A stretch of DNA of 64,000 bases from Takakia lepidozioides (lineage: Eukaryota; Plantae; Bryophyta): contig CM060732.1 of NCBI GenBank assembly GCA_030704615.1, forward strand, positions 13,206,001 to 13,270,000, in the 5' to 3' direction. Each line of letters begins with the position of its first letter. Position 1 is the first letter of the stretch. Position numbers and translations under genes: made by a program. Shown piece after piece: positions 40,320-53,499 of the stretch. The notes under the pieces are model-generated. The model was not told the DNA's origin, ran no database searches, and worked only from the letters and a program-made list of their open reading frames with translations.

Positions 40320-40671
40320 ATGTGTACCTTCTCAGTGGGGGCATTTGCCATTTATAGTATGGGTCAAGTTTGATTTGGAAGAGTTCACATCCTTTTATTT
40401 GTTTGCAAATAAAAGTATGAAAGATGAGGGTACTTTTTCCTCATGCAATAAAATTAAAATGTCTCCCTCAGTATGAAAGATGCTCTTAGCATGCCTTCTA
40501 TCTTGTCTTCTTTCTACGTCAGGTTACGTCATTCAACTATGTGAAGACGTACTAAAGGAAACCTCCACTTTCAAGTGCGCACTATTCAGTAGAGGAATTA
40601 GGAAGAAGAGCTTTCAAAACTGCAACTAGAGGTCTTTACCGAGGTACATCCCGAGATATCCTTACTTGTAC

Positions 40672-43600
40672 ATGATCATGGCATCTTGTCTCATGGGCAG
40701 TAGTTTCAATCGCTCCGAAATGTCTACATTATTTGGTCGGAGACCATGCATAATACAGAAAAACCCAAGCATAAGGGACATCCCACACCCCCTATCTCAG
40801 CTGAGTAGAGAGAAAAATCGATCTAGAAGATTCATCTTCTCCACTGCTAAAAGGTCTTTCCCAAGTAGCCCCTCCTGTACGCTACGGAGGGTTACTGCAG
40901 CCCATATGACTGCAGGAACTAGAGAGCAGAGGGATGAATTATCACATGAATTAGACGTTGGTACTTATACGACAAATGCAAGCAATCAAATGTCTGAGGG
41001 CACTAAGATAAGTATGGAGCTGGGATCTGTTGCTACAGCCATCATAGATCCAATCCGTGACACCGGTGAAGTTGTAAAGTCTCAGATTTTGCGTACATTT
41101 AAGGTACAAGCTAGCCCTTATGTATTTGTCAAATTACGTGCTTGAATTTCCCAGCTTACTTCAACATAACAATGTACATGTGTGGGATTTAGAACTCATG
41201 AATTTAGAAGTTACATTATTTTTGTTGTCCAGTTTCACGATCTAGCTTAAAGCCACTTCGAGTTATAGATTACAGTTTTTTTCTTTTTAAATTTAAGCAG
41301 GTCTAATAAAAATCACGCGCCATGACATGCATACGTATGCCACTCACATTGAGAACCATATATAGTGTGTACATAAACCTAAGGTCTCTAGGATCAACTC
41401 TGAAATCTAGTCACTAATTAAGATTTCTCGACCTGGGCCCAAGTAGTTTTCAAGGAAATATCTAGACCGCAAGAAAGCTACTACTACATGTATGATTTTG
41501 AAATATATAATTTTTAGATCACATGTTAGCGGTATACGTCCTGGCTCAGTTTGCACGATCAGTAACTAGCGAGCGGTTCTGCAAATGTGTGAACACAAGG
41601 AGTCGGTGCTCTTTGGCATAAACATGCAGGTTGCATCCAAGAACTTTAGACCTTAAAATTCTCACAAGACTCGATTGCTGTATTTCGTCTGGAAATCCGT
41701 GCATTAGATGTAAAATTTTGACTCAGTGGTTTGAGTAATGAGAACCTTCGACGTGGTGACGTCTAGCTTCCTCATGACATGCTTGAATGAGCTCTCTCGA
41801 TGTAACTACGATATTAGCCAATTAAGCACCAAGTTCTGTCATAACGACTACTTTTCGAACATTGCGTAGGAAGATTTGAAAGTGATGGATCAGGTCAGCT
41901 TGGCCAAAGCTGCGAGTGCCGCAAAAGAGCATATGATGAGTTGGATCATGGACACTCTCTACAAGCCCGACTATACGGCCAGAAAACGTAGCTATATGCA
42001 GGTACCACCCATGGATACGTTACTACTTTTTGGTTGATTATGTCATTCTGATCTGTCGTGGGCTTATATTTCAAACAGTAGAATCGTTATCTTCAAGATA
42101 ATTGGAGTCCTTAGCGTTGAACTAGTTAAACAATCTATTTTGAGGTTGAACGTCAACATTCTCAGTTGAGGGAAGCTCAAAATCTTTAAACTGGCCGATT
42201 CTTGATCCGGAGTCTCATGAGTCAGCGCCTGGACCGTTCATATTTCTGTCTGCAGTTCACAGCTACAGATCTCCGCCTAAACTCATGATCCTCTGTTTGC
42301 CTTTATGAAGTCTGGCTTCGGGTGTTGGTGCCACAGGATAATTTCGGCCCTGTAGTAGAGTTGGGGGAACGCGTGGAGCTGGATGCGATCGAAGGCGCCA
42401 TCCCCCTCGACTTCCCCGCTGGTGTCTTCATTAGGATCGGTGAGATCCCCAATTCATATACCACACACACATACAACAAGTTATATATACTTTAAACTGT
42501 CGAGTATGTAGAGATTAAATATAATAATTGAAGCTTTTTTATAAAAAATCTATATACAATTTCGAGATCCAAATGGAAAGGATTTGAAGTCCGCCTCATT
42601 TTAGATTAATTGGGTCTTAACCCTTAAGTGCCAAAACTCATTTTCACCCTCTCGTGGAAAAACATGACCCTGGCCCACAAAAAAAGAATGAAGTGTAGAG
42701 TGGGGACAAATAAAAATCTCCACTATGAAATAGGTGCCAAAAAAAGAAGTTTTTTGGCTTGTATTTGGGCAGTTCTAATTTTTTTCTTTTTTAGAGTCTC
42801 AAGAATGTTGTTCCATACCTGATAACACACATTCTCAGAAATTTTCAGTTTTTTCTGAAATGTTCTCAAGTGGGCTCCTTTGTAGTGACAAATTGGGGGG
42901 TCAAAATATGCCATTTTCTTTGGGCAGGCCAAAATCTCTCTTCCTAAAATTATGTAAAAAAAATTCAGCCGGTCAATCCCTAATACCTCCTGTTGAAATG
43001 TCACGGGCGTTCATATGAAGTCCCCGAAAAACTTTGGGACCAATCACCCAAGGCCACCGCATCTTTAGGTTCCCTGCCCAAGACTTCAAATGGCACACCT
43101 ATGTTATAGCCTGCAGGCCTATGATATTTGGAGCCATAGCCCAGAAGGGCACGGGGTTTGGGAGCTCCTCTGGCTACCGGGCCCTGCTTTCATGGGGGCC
43201 CACCCCACCCTCAACCCCATCAAATGCCCGTCCTAGGTTTGGCCCACCCCTCATGGGAGTTTTCCCGAGCCGCGAGCTCTACCGGCATCGCGGCCCGCCC
43301 TGCTATGAGCCCATGAGCCCATGGTGTTGGCCGGAGCTGCCATCGCCGTCGATCTCAGGTTAGGGCTCAAGCCTGGGAATACCCAGACCGCCATACCCTG
43401 CAGGACAATCAATGGGTTTACCGAAGCGTGCCGCCCATCCCTTTATGGGATATCATTCATTCACCCTAACCTGACCGCAGTTGCTATGTCATCAACTTGG
43501 GCAGGTTAGGGGTGCCAAAATGGCCTCAAAAAGTTGAGTTGGGCCCCTTCCAATTGGTCCAGACCCCTACCCCTTCAGGCATTGACCAATTGGCCAATGC

Positions 43601-46600
43601 CATATGAAGGGGGGCCCAATTATACGTCGATTGAGCCCAAAAAAGGGCCAATCAGCCTTAACCACAGGAAGTTATGGCTGGTTAAGCTAACCCAACCGAC
43701 CCAAAACGGGTCGGTTTTACACTTGAGGGTTAAATTCTCACGTGTGGCCCATGCAGCGCACGGACGCCGAACGTGGGGTCTGCCCCGCCTTCCCCCCGAC
43801 CACTCCCCTGCTCGCTCGGGTATAGGATCAGACCCAAGTGTAGGGTCTATTTGCGGGCCCGGGGTATGCTCGGGTTCAAGTGTAGGGTCTGCTCGCGGGT
43901 TAAGGTCTCCTAGGGTCTGCTCGGGACTTAGAATTTTTTTTGGGAAAACTCGCCTATAAAATGGACCTTTATTAATGCACATGCAGCCGCAACCAAAGTT
44001 GAACCCACAACCTCACAGATTCCAATCAATGCACCCAACCACCGCTGTTACACATATAATGTTTTTATCTCTTATTATCCTAGAAAACAGTCCCAATCAG
44101 CCCCAACGTGGCCTAGAAGGGTGGACCCACCAACCCGGACAGACCCTATCTCACTGCAGACCCGGGTGGGTCATGGGTAGCGGCGGGGACCACCCCGCGG
44201 CCCGTACTATCCAGGGCCCAAGTGAGAATTTAAGACCCAATTTATTTATAATGAGAAGCGGGTGATATTATGAACACATTCTGGGTATTGAGTGCAGGGT
44301 CTAATCCACAGTTTCCAGCCGCCTCTGTAAACTCTCCATTTGGAGTGTCCAAATGGAGCTGGTTTGAAGGGGACGGGATGCTTCACGCGACATACTTCCA
44401 AGGAGGTATATCTCAGTACCTATGGAGCTTTCAGTTGTAAGCAAATGTTTGATTCCATTGTGATTCTCTTGAACATGATTTGGGATTTCCAACTGTGCTG
44501 AAGTCCACAACCGCAGTGTATTTGATGGCTCAGCTGATGATCATTGCACTAGTACTGCAGGTGCCAAAGGTGCATGGTATAAAAACAAGTATGTGGAGAC
44601 TGACTCATATAAAGTGGAAAAGGCGAGAGGCAAGCAAATGTTTTTGCCGACACTAGACGTCGAAGGGGCCTGTCGTCAGTTGAATCCTCTTTTGAACTTG
44701 GTAAAGTTCTGCAAACTTGTGCTAGCTTTCTATAAGGTTAGAGTGTTTCTCCCTTGAGCAGACAAACCGGCACCGATATATTCTAACTAAGGCTCAAACC
44801 TTTTATCTTATAGATTTGCTAATGAGAGCTTCCATCATCGATGGCACACGTGAAAATTTCGGCAAAACCTAGTCATCCCCAATTTGTGACTTCGACACTT
44901 TCATGAGTGATGGTTACCCGAGGTCTGCACTTGCATTCGCTGAAGTGTTGGGAAATTAAACTTGTAGTGATATTAGGAAGGGATATGGACTGGAAAAGAG
45001 AAATTTAACTTCAACAACTGCAGTTGTCACGATTTTTTTGCAGGCAATGTTGGGAGATGTCAACAAGTGTATGGCAAATACAAAAGTAGTGCACCATGCT
45101 GGCAAAGTGATTGCATGTGATGAGGCGCACCTGCCAACAGAAATTCGTCTAGATGACCTCGCAACTGTGGGTACCTGGGACTTTGGTGGAAGCTGGAAGG
45201 GGCCCAGCTTCTCTGCGCATCCTAAGGTGGGCACAATTTCCATATCTTTTAGAGGAAAAATTGAAAAACTATCTTGAAAATGATTTTCATTTCAGGTGGT
45301 GTCGTGTGCCTCTAATCTTTTTGAGGAGCTAGCGGCAAGTTTTAGACATGGATCCAACCGTTCGCACATTTGTGGACTTCAGGCTCAGATGTGAAATTCG
45401 TTGCTGTCGATCCAACACTATGTCTTCAATGCTCCATACACCTTTTTTCATACCTCAAGTTATATCATGAACATGGATCGAGCTGATATCATGGAGGCTG
45501 CGAACCAGTACATCTGAGTTCCATACAAAGCCCAGGGATTTAACCGTTTGGATAATATTACTTGCTGGCCAATTTTGTGCAGATTGACCCTGAAACGAAG
45601 GAGATGGTGGTATACGCTTTCGGCGCAGTGCAGCCTTACCTGGTTTTTGGTGTATATTCAGGTACATTCTGTAGGTATTAGAGGCTGTTTTGTGATCCCC
45701 TTTTCTCCCTCGTTATACAACGCTTTCTTTTACCAATCACCTGTCTGTCTGCAACTCTATTTACCTTTCTTCTAAGGGCATTGGGGAGGTTTAGGGTGGG
45801 CACCCACAGTCTGCCTGCGGATAGATGGTAGGTGGGACAACCTTCAGCGTGAGCGAGGACCTCTGAGCCAGGCACCGGCTCAATTACGCAGGAAGGAAAT
45901 CGAAAGTGACGCTTGAAAATCTGGCTTGAGGCTGCAGCCGCCTTCAGATGATGTCCACCTTCTTAAAACCACACATGAAGCTGGTCGATCTATGCCATAG
46001 CGAGATAGGAGATTGAAACTAAAGAGCAGCTCTTGCCCGGCCAGCCAGAATATATATGAAGAAAGAAGAAAACCTAGACACGCAGGAGGTCACGTGAGGG
46101 AAGAATTGTGTTTTAAGGATCTAGATAAACCACAATGAAAGTGGTCAGCTCTCCAACTGGTGCTCACGAAGGAATCGAACTTATGTAGATTGCAACATCA
46201 GAGCTACCTTGAAGTCTGCTAAGCCTCTTGATTGACTCTTAGGGCCTGCATTTGATGTTGGAAGGTACGGGGAAGTTGATACACAAGGTGGACGTGGAAA
46301 TCGAGAGAGCTGCCATGATGCATGATATAGCCATTACACCCAAGTAAGTTGCAGTGTGTGGTTCATCATTAGCGTGACTTTCTCATGTTCCGAAAGTCTT
46401 GATCTTGCTAGTAATTTAAGAAATAGACCTCGTGATTCTGGAGACATGACTGTGGAAAGATTAAAGTGAGCACTCAAAAAACGATCTAGATAGGTACGTG
46501 TGTTCTATTGAATTTCCTCTCGCGGCGCACGGGACACCTGCTCCTCGAGTGCTCCTCAAGGAAAACTTTCTCTTGTGCCTAAATCGGTCTTGAACTTCAA

Positions 46601-49600
46601 TGTAATGCTCAAAGATGCATTCGTCTTACTGCGTTTCATGAGATGAAGTTTGGTTCAAGTGAGTTATAATTTGACAAAGCTGGATTCACAAACTTAAGAG
46701 TTGAGTGTTGTCCAGTTTAAAATCAGAGACGTGTGTCATGCAGATACAACATAGTTTTCAACTTTCCGCTTACAATGGACATGGGACGATTTGCGAGAGG
46801 AGGACCGTAAGTCTCCATCCCCCCTAGCCTCTTAATGGAATCTTTCTCTACACTATTTGAATGTGATCAATTTTGATTTAGAAGGCTAGATTTTCTAGCT
46901 TGGTTCCCTCAAGAGTTTATCCCACGATGTATTATTAAACTTGATGTCCGATAGACCTTAAAGTCCGGTCGACCTTGTAGAAGTTATATTTGCTTTCTTG
47001 GAAGCATTTCAGTATCGGTGAAGTCTATCTCAAGAGACGAATTTTCTTTCTTAGCAGATTGATAGACTATGAGGCAAATTCATATGCTCGCATTGGTGTC
47101 ATGCCGCGCTTCGGCGATTCCAAGTCAATGCAATGGTTTGACGTCTCCAACTTAGGATACTCCAATCACACTCTCAATGCTTTTGAGCAAGATGAGGAGG
47201 TATGTCTGTCTCTACTGTGTTGTTCATTGTGCACATGTCCCTTGGGCCCTGTGTTGTTTAGTGGTATATATTGCAGGCCGTCTAAAGAACTTGTTTAATT
47301 CCCTCGTAACTCCATGATACAATGTTGGTCTTGTATATGAAACACGAGATAGAACACAACACATAATGCAAACAATATAGAACAATTTGGGTAAAATAAT
47401 GCTCACGCTTAAAGCTCCAAAAGGGATTCATGGGTCCCTCATTTTATCTGGGTTTGTCTCCCAGGATGATCCATGGAACACTTTTCCCAGAAAGGAACTT
47501 AGGATGTGACCGGAATGGAGATTCATGGTGAATTAAAGGAGAATTCCATATCAGAGTTTGGATTTGACATATAGGTCATTAACATTCCTCTTACAATGCC
47601 GCAGGTGGTTGTGAGAAGCTGCCGCTTACGAAAATTCAAGGTGGAAGTTGGAGAAGGTTGGGATCTCAACAAAATATTTTTTGGGAGCCTGAAGACTTTT
47701 AAGGCAGAGGAGGGCATGGACTATTCCCAGCGGGACCACCGTCTAGTGTCAAATCTATACGAATGGAGGTTGAACTTAAAGACAGGTTTGTTCCACAATC
47801 TTGGCCCAATTTCCTCCATCTCTTAGTCTCACACTGACTGCACTTAGTTTGCTTCTATCTTCTTACGGGTCCTTCATTCCATATTCATGTTTTTGAACAG
47901 GCCAGCTGGACGTAGATATGAATCGATCAAATCTGTCAGTCATTTGTCTCTCTCTCGTAGACGTACCGTGCAGTGCAATTGGCAGCACAATTACTTCAAT
48001 CACAATCACAATCACTCGGGTGTTGGAAGTAAAGGCTAGAGTAGCAGGGCTGGAATCAGATCATGGGATTTTCTACGCCAGCCATTCCTATTGTCGTAGG
48101 AGCAGGCCCTATTGTTCCCACTGTGACATATGCCATATCAAGATGCAGCCCTGGTATATACGTGTACACGATACTTTAATGGGATGGTATGCATGTCTCT
48201 CTGTGTCCTGATCTGTTGGTATAGCAGCTTGAACGAACTAGTCTATTTTAGTACAGGCGTAAGTCCAAAATTCTAAGCACAACATAGTTCTGCTGCAACC
48301 ATGCAGGTGCGGTGTCTGAGAGAATATTGAGTGAGGAATTCCAAAAGTCCGTGGAGTTTCCTGTGATAAATGACAACTATTTGGGGAAGGACCTCAAATA
48401 CGGCTATGCTATAATTCAAGACCCTGCCCTTGACAGCGAAGACAGAGGTAACTGAGCTCTGACTTCTCTATTTCACCTGTATATAAGCTTAAGATTTCGT
48501 TCTTTCTCTCCATCTATCTTCCGGATTTCCATCCATATATGGAAGCTTAAATATCTTCCTCTATTTTTTGTGCTGCTTGTTGGGGGCCGCACAAATCTAA
48601 ATTTTTTTCTTGTCTTTTTTTTTTGTTGGCCCTGCCTCCATAAGGCAGGACTACGCAAAGGGTTTCAGCCCCTTTAGCACTACTCTCGATTACACTTCCA
48701 ATTCGATCGAGACACAAGTGCCATCACAATATTTTGTCCATATTTCTAAGGAATGACATGAAACACTTTCATGTCACAACCAGTTTTGTTTGGCCATAAG
48801 GTTTGGAGTTCAACTTCTTGTGCATGCCATAAATGAGGATATTACCTTGCATGCCACCCAGGTGATTCAGGGCTCAAATCTTGTTACCACGATATTTATT
48901 AACAAAGGCATGAGATACACGGAGGCCCTGCCATTGTTTTATTGATTATATGAAGTGTAACATGTGCCCAACTGGGAACTAAAAACTTTCATGTTCCCAT
49001 CAAGTCCCATGGGAACAACCCATGATATAAGGTTAAGGTCACTTTGGCCAACTTGATGCGTAGTCCCTACGCTGTCGGGAAAGGCCAATAAACACTATGT
49101 GATCTTCCAGATTTTTACTATCTATTCATAATTACTAGAGGGCAGGGCTTGCATGAATTGCATGCATTTGTTCCATAAGCTTGTTGGCCTTCCCGGTTTT
49201 AAACTTAAAAGGTAATCTCTTTCATATTTGGGTGTTAACATATATGCTAACACCCTCCATATTTTCCCTACTTAATTAGCCCAGCACGGGGAGTGGATGC
49301 GCTATAGGGTGATTCTTTTATGGCGAGCTCTACTCGATATATATAGTGGGTGCCCTGACGACCAGAATTATTGTGTGCACAGCGCCTTCCAAAACAAATG
49401 CTAGTGCCTCTAAATTGGAGAAGTTCAAGAAACATCGAAAGCTGTTGCAGCTCTCATTGGCTCTAACCGCACACCATCTCCGTTGGTTGGGACCTGGATG
49501 GGCCATAGTCCAGATTTGCACCAAATTAGATAGAGAACAGAACCGGGTGCCCAAGAGATGTTTGCTGGGTCAGCCTAAGGACTGGGACCAAGCAAATCGC

Positions 49601-50397
49601 GTATGCTAATTTCTGATGTGTTTCAGATCTTCTTGGGTTATCGCATCAATTTGTCAAGTTTCATTTCCACGAACAAGATCCTCAGGTAAGCCCATAAGCT
49701 GCACTATAAGACAGTACATGCAAATCTTCCAATGGCTTCATTCAGGTGAAATTCTCTTTTAGTTACATCCCAGTTTTTAGAATCATTACGAGCTATTCAC
49801 TCCTTTGTTGATCTAAATGGCAGGATTTATCCGCTATCAAGATGGAAATACATGATGTAGGGGAAAATAGATATGTAGGAGAAGCAGCGTTTGTTCCTCG
49901 TCGTGGGGCTACCGAAGAAGATGATGGTTGGCTTGTCACATACATGCACGACGAAGAAACCTTGGAATCAGAGGTAAGAATGTTTAATTCTCTAACTAAT
50001 AACTTGAAAGCTTCAATGGCATTAGCTAGAAGCTACAAATGAAAACGAGTCGTCTCTACACATAGATGGTTGCACCGGACTTGTCGTTGTGACTTGACAT
50101 TGCTGAACGCCTGTCTCTTGCGGCTATGGGACATCATACATACAAACGGGCCATAGATGGATCACCCTCCGCAAAATCAGCTCCATTGAAGAGGGAGGTT
50201 TGAGGACTAGAAGAAAATAGAATTCAAAGAGACCTGGATCATAATTACCAGTAAATTTCTCCCACTGTACGAAACTGAGGATCTGGTTGCAGGTGTACAT
50301 ACTTGATGCACAGCACTTTGAGGAGGCGCCAGTGGCAAGATTGAGGTTGCCTCAGCGAGTTCCGTATGGATTCCACTCCACCTTCATTCCCGTCTGA
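40672..50397 (+). CDS. Carotenoid cleavage dioxygenase family protein (CCD-like clade), 15 exons, ~698 aa, with putative plastid transit peptide
   Basis: Exons 40672-41103, 41870-42001, 42337-42439, 44298-44405, 44561-44700, 45044-45226, 45583-45661, 46265-46343, 46744-46806, 47058-47199, 47605-47785, 48307-48447, 49627-49685, 49824-49973, 50293-50397 (2097 nt, in frame, all GT-AG). Motifs NFGPV, WFEGDGMLHA, SAHPK, MMHDIAIT, ARIGVMPRFGD, EFP.IN, EAAFVPR...EDDGW, RVPYGFH. Confidence 0.93.
42591..44261. mobile_element. MITE with ~100-bp imperfect TIRs in CCD intron 3; left TIR split by the piggyBac-like insertion
   Basis: Joining 42591-42620 to 43734 onward gives ccgcctcattttagattaattgggtcttaaattctcac, the reverse complement (with mismatches) of gtgagaatttaagacccaatttatttataatgagaagcgg at 44222-44261. 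Confidence 0.75.
42621..43729. mobile_element. Non-autonomous piggyBac-like element (1109 bp) with TTAA TSD
   Basis: TTAA (42617-42620) | CCCTTAAGTGCCAAAAC ... GTTTTACACTTGAGGG | TTAA (43730-43733); the intact opposite TIR of the host MITE shows the single-TTAA empty site. Confidence 0.8.
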
Positions 50398-51772
50398 TTA
50401 GGGTCCAGATGATTGTATATCTAAATCCAAGTCTCTTTCATTTACAAATGCAGTTCAGCTGCGTTGCTATATTATGTTCATATCATGGGCGTGCCATCAA
50501 CATCACTCGCTGATAAAACAATTATGCCCACGTCTTTGAAGAAGAATTTGTGAACATTGCTCAATGTTCAAGAATTTGTGAGTTCATTACTCAAGATTAT
50601 GTAAATACGACATTTTCCATCCGGAGAAAAAAAACAAAACAAAACAAAACAAAATAATAATAATGTACAATACTTTGTACCTCAATTATCTGAGGTTTAT
50701 GGGCTCTCTTGTAGGGAGAGACTTTGCGGAGACATGCAAGTCAATGGAGAAAATGTGGTCAAAGGATCTTACACCGTGTCAAGGCACCGATTGGTGTGTT
50801 GTGTTGAGTCATGCTGCCTAGTCTTACCTTCCTCTTATGTTTTGCCAAAGCAAAGCAAGAGAGCCAATTGCCATTTGAGGCTTGTTTTCTTGGCTTTCAA
50901 AAGGTTATAAACCTACAATACATCCCATAGCAGTGTTTTTTTTTTCATTTTTCCGAAATCGTTGGCGGGGCCACATGTGAATTCTATCCCGTGCCCATGT
51001 GGCGAGAATAACGAGATGGCAGGGGTAGAAAGTGGCTATATACCAGGTGGCACGTCTTGACTGGTGCACGTTTGCAAAATTAGGCTCCAGATTTTCAACT
51101 ATTAGCGTTTTTTTGCGAAATTTCTACTAGCACGTGTAGAACTGGATCATATTCTAGCGACGACCGAAGGTCGGAAGCTAGTTTAGCATAGAGCAGATAT
51201 AGGGTGTCATAGTGCCTCGTCATCGTCACCACATCATTGTCGTTGTCAGTCTTTTTGGAATCTGACCGGATTGCCCGAAAAAACCAAAAATGAGTTCTCG
51301 AGCTAAATGGATTTTCATGGAGGTGTTGAATCGTTAGTCCTCTCCTGTGTTCAATCTCTGCCTGCTCAGCTGCACCGTGGTGGTTCTCACATACCAATCC
51401 GACATTACCTGACTACAGACATAAGCAACACACACACAAGAGGTCCTTTTGGGTTGATGGTCGGTCAAATCCTCCCATGACACAAGGTCAAGGACAATGT
51501 GGTGAGGGCACCCTCTTCTTCGACCTATTTCAGCCTGTTTTACCCTCTCATCATACACTTACCCTCTCATCAGACTCGGCCCTGAGATGCATGTTGAATT
51601 CTGTAAGTTAGCTCGTTGGGTGGATCTGTGGCAACAGGAAAGTATCCAAAAACGGGTAACAGAGACAAGGAGAAGCTGTGGAATGAATACTTTTCTGACC
51701 CCAGTCAAAGGTGGACAACCGAGGCAAAAAGGTGAATGCTTGTTGGGCCTGCTCGATTACAGAGAGTAGTAG

Positions 51773-52330
51773 ATGCAATTGAGCATAGGAACATTCACCT
51801 GTGTTCTCAATGCATGTGCTAAGCTAGGAAGCTTGGAAAGAGGGCAGCGGGTCCGTGCTGACATCATCAAAACTGGAATTCCGTCAGATGTTACTTTGGA
51901 GACAACCCTTATTGACATGTATGCCAAATGTGGAAGCATAATAGATGCTTGGCAGATGTTCAATGAAATGGTGAAACGAAATGTGGTCTCATGGACCGCA
52001 ATGATTACAGGATATGCCAAATGCAGTAGCATGAAGGATGCACTTATGTTATTCAACACTATGGCTGAAAGAATTGTGGTCTCATGGAATGCCATGATTG
52101 CAGGATATGTTGGGCATAGACATGGGCAAGAGGCTTTGAGAATGTATGAGCACATGCAACGGGAAGGGGTTATGCCCAATGTGATCACGTCCGTTGTTGT
52201 TCTGAACGCGGGTGCAAGCCTAGGAGCACTAGAAATCGGCAAGCATGAGGTCCATAGTAACATCATCAAAACTGGAATTAGTCACCAATTAATTTGGAAC
52301 ACTGCAAGATGCAGTAGTGCTCAATGCTAA
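51773..52330 (+). pseudogene. PLS-class pentatricopeptide repeat (PPR) gene fragment
   Basis: TFTCVLNACAKLGSLERGQRV...TLIDMYAKCGSIIDAWQMFNEM..RNVVSWTAMITGY, VVSWNAMIAGY; only ~5 motifs, no targeting peptide, no E/DYW domain; ends at an unrelated ORF. Confidence 0.85.
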
Positions 52331-53451
52331 CAGTCATTGGCCAAGTTCTCCAGAGCAAAAGTAAACCAAAAACCTAGTTGGGGATCCTTCTGAAGCATGA
52401 TCCTTACATCATACAGATATGTGTGTGGTGGAATTGGAGGTAATGTCCAATGCTCCCCACTGGAATAAGTCTGAAACCTCATCTGCATCTTCTGCTGCTC
52501 AATGTGGTAGCGTGAAATAAAACAAGCAGCATAATACAGCCCACAACCCATGACCAAACTAGGTACCTCCTTGGTCTTGGTGTAGATGAATCCATGAACA
52601 ATCTGGAAGGCAATTAATTCCTTCAGCATGGTTCCTGCCTCAGACCAGTATCGTGCGAAATGGTGATCTTCAATGGGTCGATCAGTTGGAAGAACTTTAG
52701 TCCGAGTTGCCACTGGCAACCAAATGCGCATAATCTGGTAATAGTGTGCCAAAGACTCTGGAGGACTGAATTCTTTCCAGGCCAAATCCATAACAATGGA
52801 AATTTGGTTGAAGGGCAGAATCATAGCTCGACTGTATTCAAGTGCAGCAGGAGTAGTAGGTGGGTTAAAAGAAGCATCACCCCAAGCCTCAGACAGTGAT
52901 TGCTGCAGTGCCATGGTATCAACACTGTTGACCTGGTGTGGCTGTTGTGATGTTGTTGCCACAGTCCCTCCTGCTGTTGGCAAGTCCTGCACTTCCTGTG
53001 CTGAAGATTGAAAATTCAAAGTCCTTGCCTGCAAATAAATAGCCATGAGCTGTTCCTCAGGAACAAAGGCCGGAATTTCTCGCACGAAATCCCCGGTTGA
53101 AGGCAACGGCGATCTGGAATTTCTTGGGCTTCCACTGCTGGAAGACACATTGTGCGGCAACATGACGGGACCTCGAGGTGCTGTCCGAATGTTCCTGTCG
53201 GATCTCCAGGAATCCTCTTCGCACCCGGGTTCCTCTTCAATCCTCCGCCTCACAGGGCGAGTCTGGACGTCCCCCTCTAGGTGTTCACCTCTACGGTGCA
53301 GAGGCGTCCCTTTGATCTTCTCTCGCAATGCTGTCGCCCATTTCAGGGGATTCTTGGACCTTGAAGCTGTTCGTACCAACAATTCCTCCCTGTCCGGCCC
53401 AAAGCCCCATTGTTTGCCGCTCAGGAACTTGTAGTACGTGGCTTGCCGCAT
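52327..53451 (-). CDS. Intronless 374-aa ORF of unknown function, probably TE-associated
   Basis: Long uninterrupted ORF with no motif I recognise; back-to-back with a gag-like remnant. Confidence 0.45.
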   Translation of the reverse strand: MRQATYYKFLSGKQWGFGPDREELLVRTASRSKNPLKWATALREKIKGTPLHRRGEHLEGDVQTRPVRRRIEEEPGCEEDSWRSDRNIRTAPRGPVMLPHNVSSSSGSPRNSRSPLPSTGDFVREIPAFVPEEQLMAIYLQARTLNFQSSAQEVQDLPTAGGTVATTSQQPHQVNSVDTMALQQSLSEAWGDASFNPPTTPAALEYSRAMILPFNQISIVMDLAWKEFSPPESLAHYYQIMRIWLPVATRTKVLPTDRPIEDHHFARYWSEAGTMLKELIAFQIVHGFIYTKTKEVPSLVMGCGLYYAACFISRYHIEQQKMQMRFQTYSSGEHWTLPPIPPHTYLYDVRIMLQKDPQLGFWFTFALENLANDC

Positions 53452-53499
53452 GATTGCTCTGTCGATGTCCTGAATTGAGCAATTGGGAATGTTCAGGAG

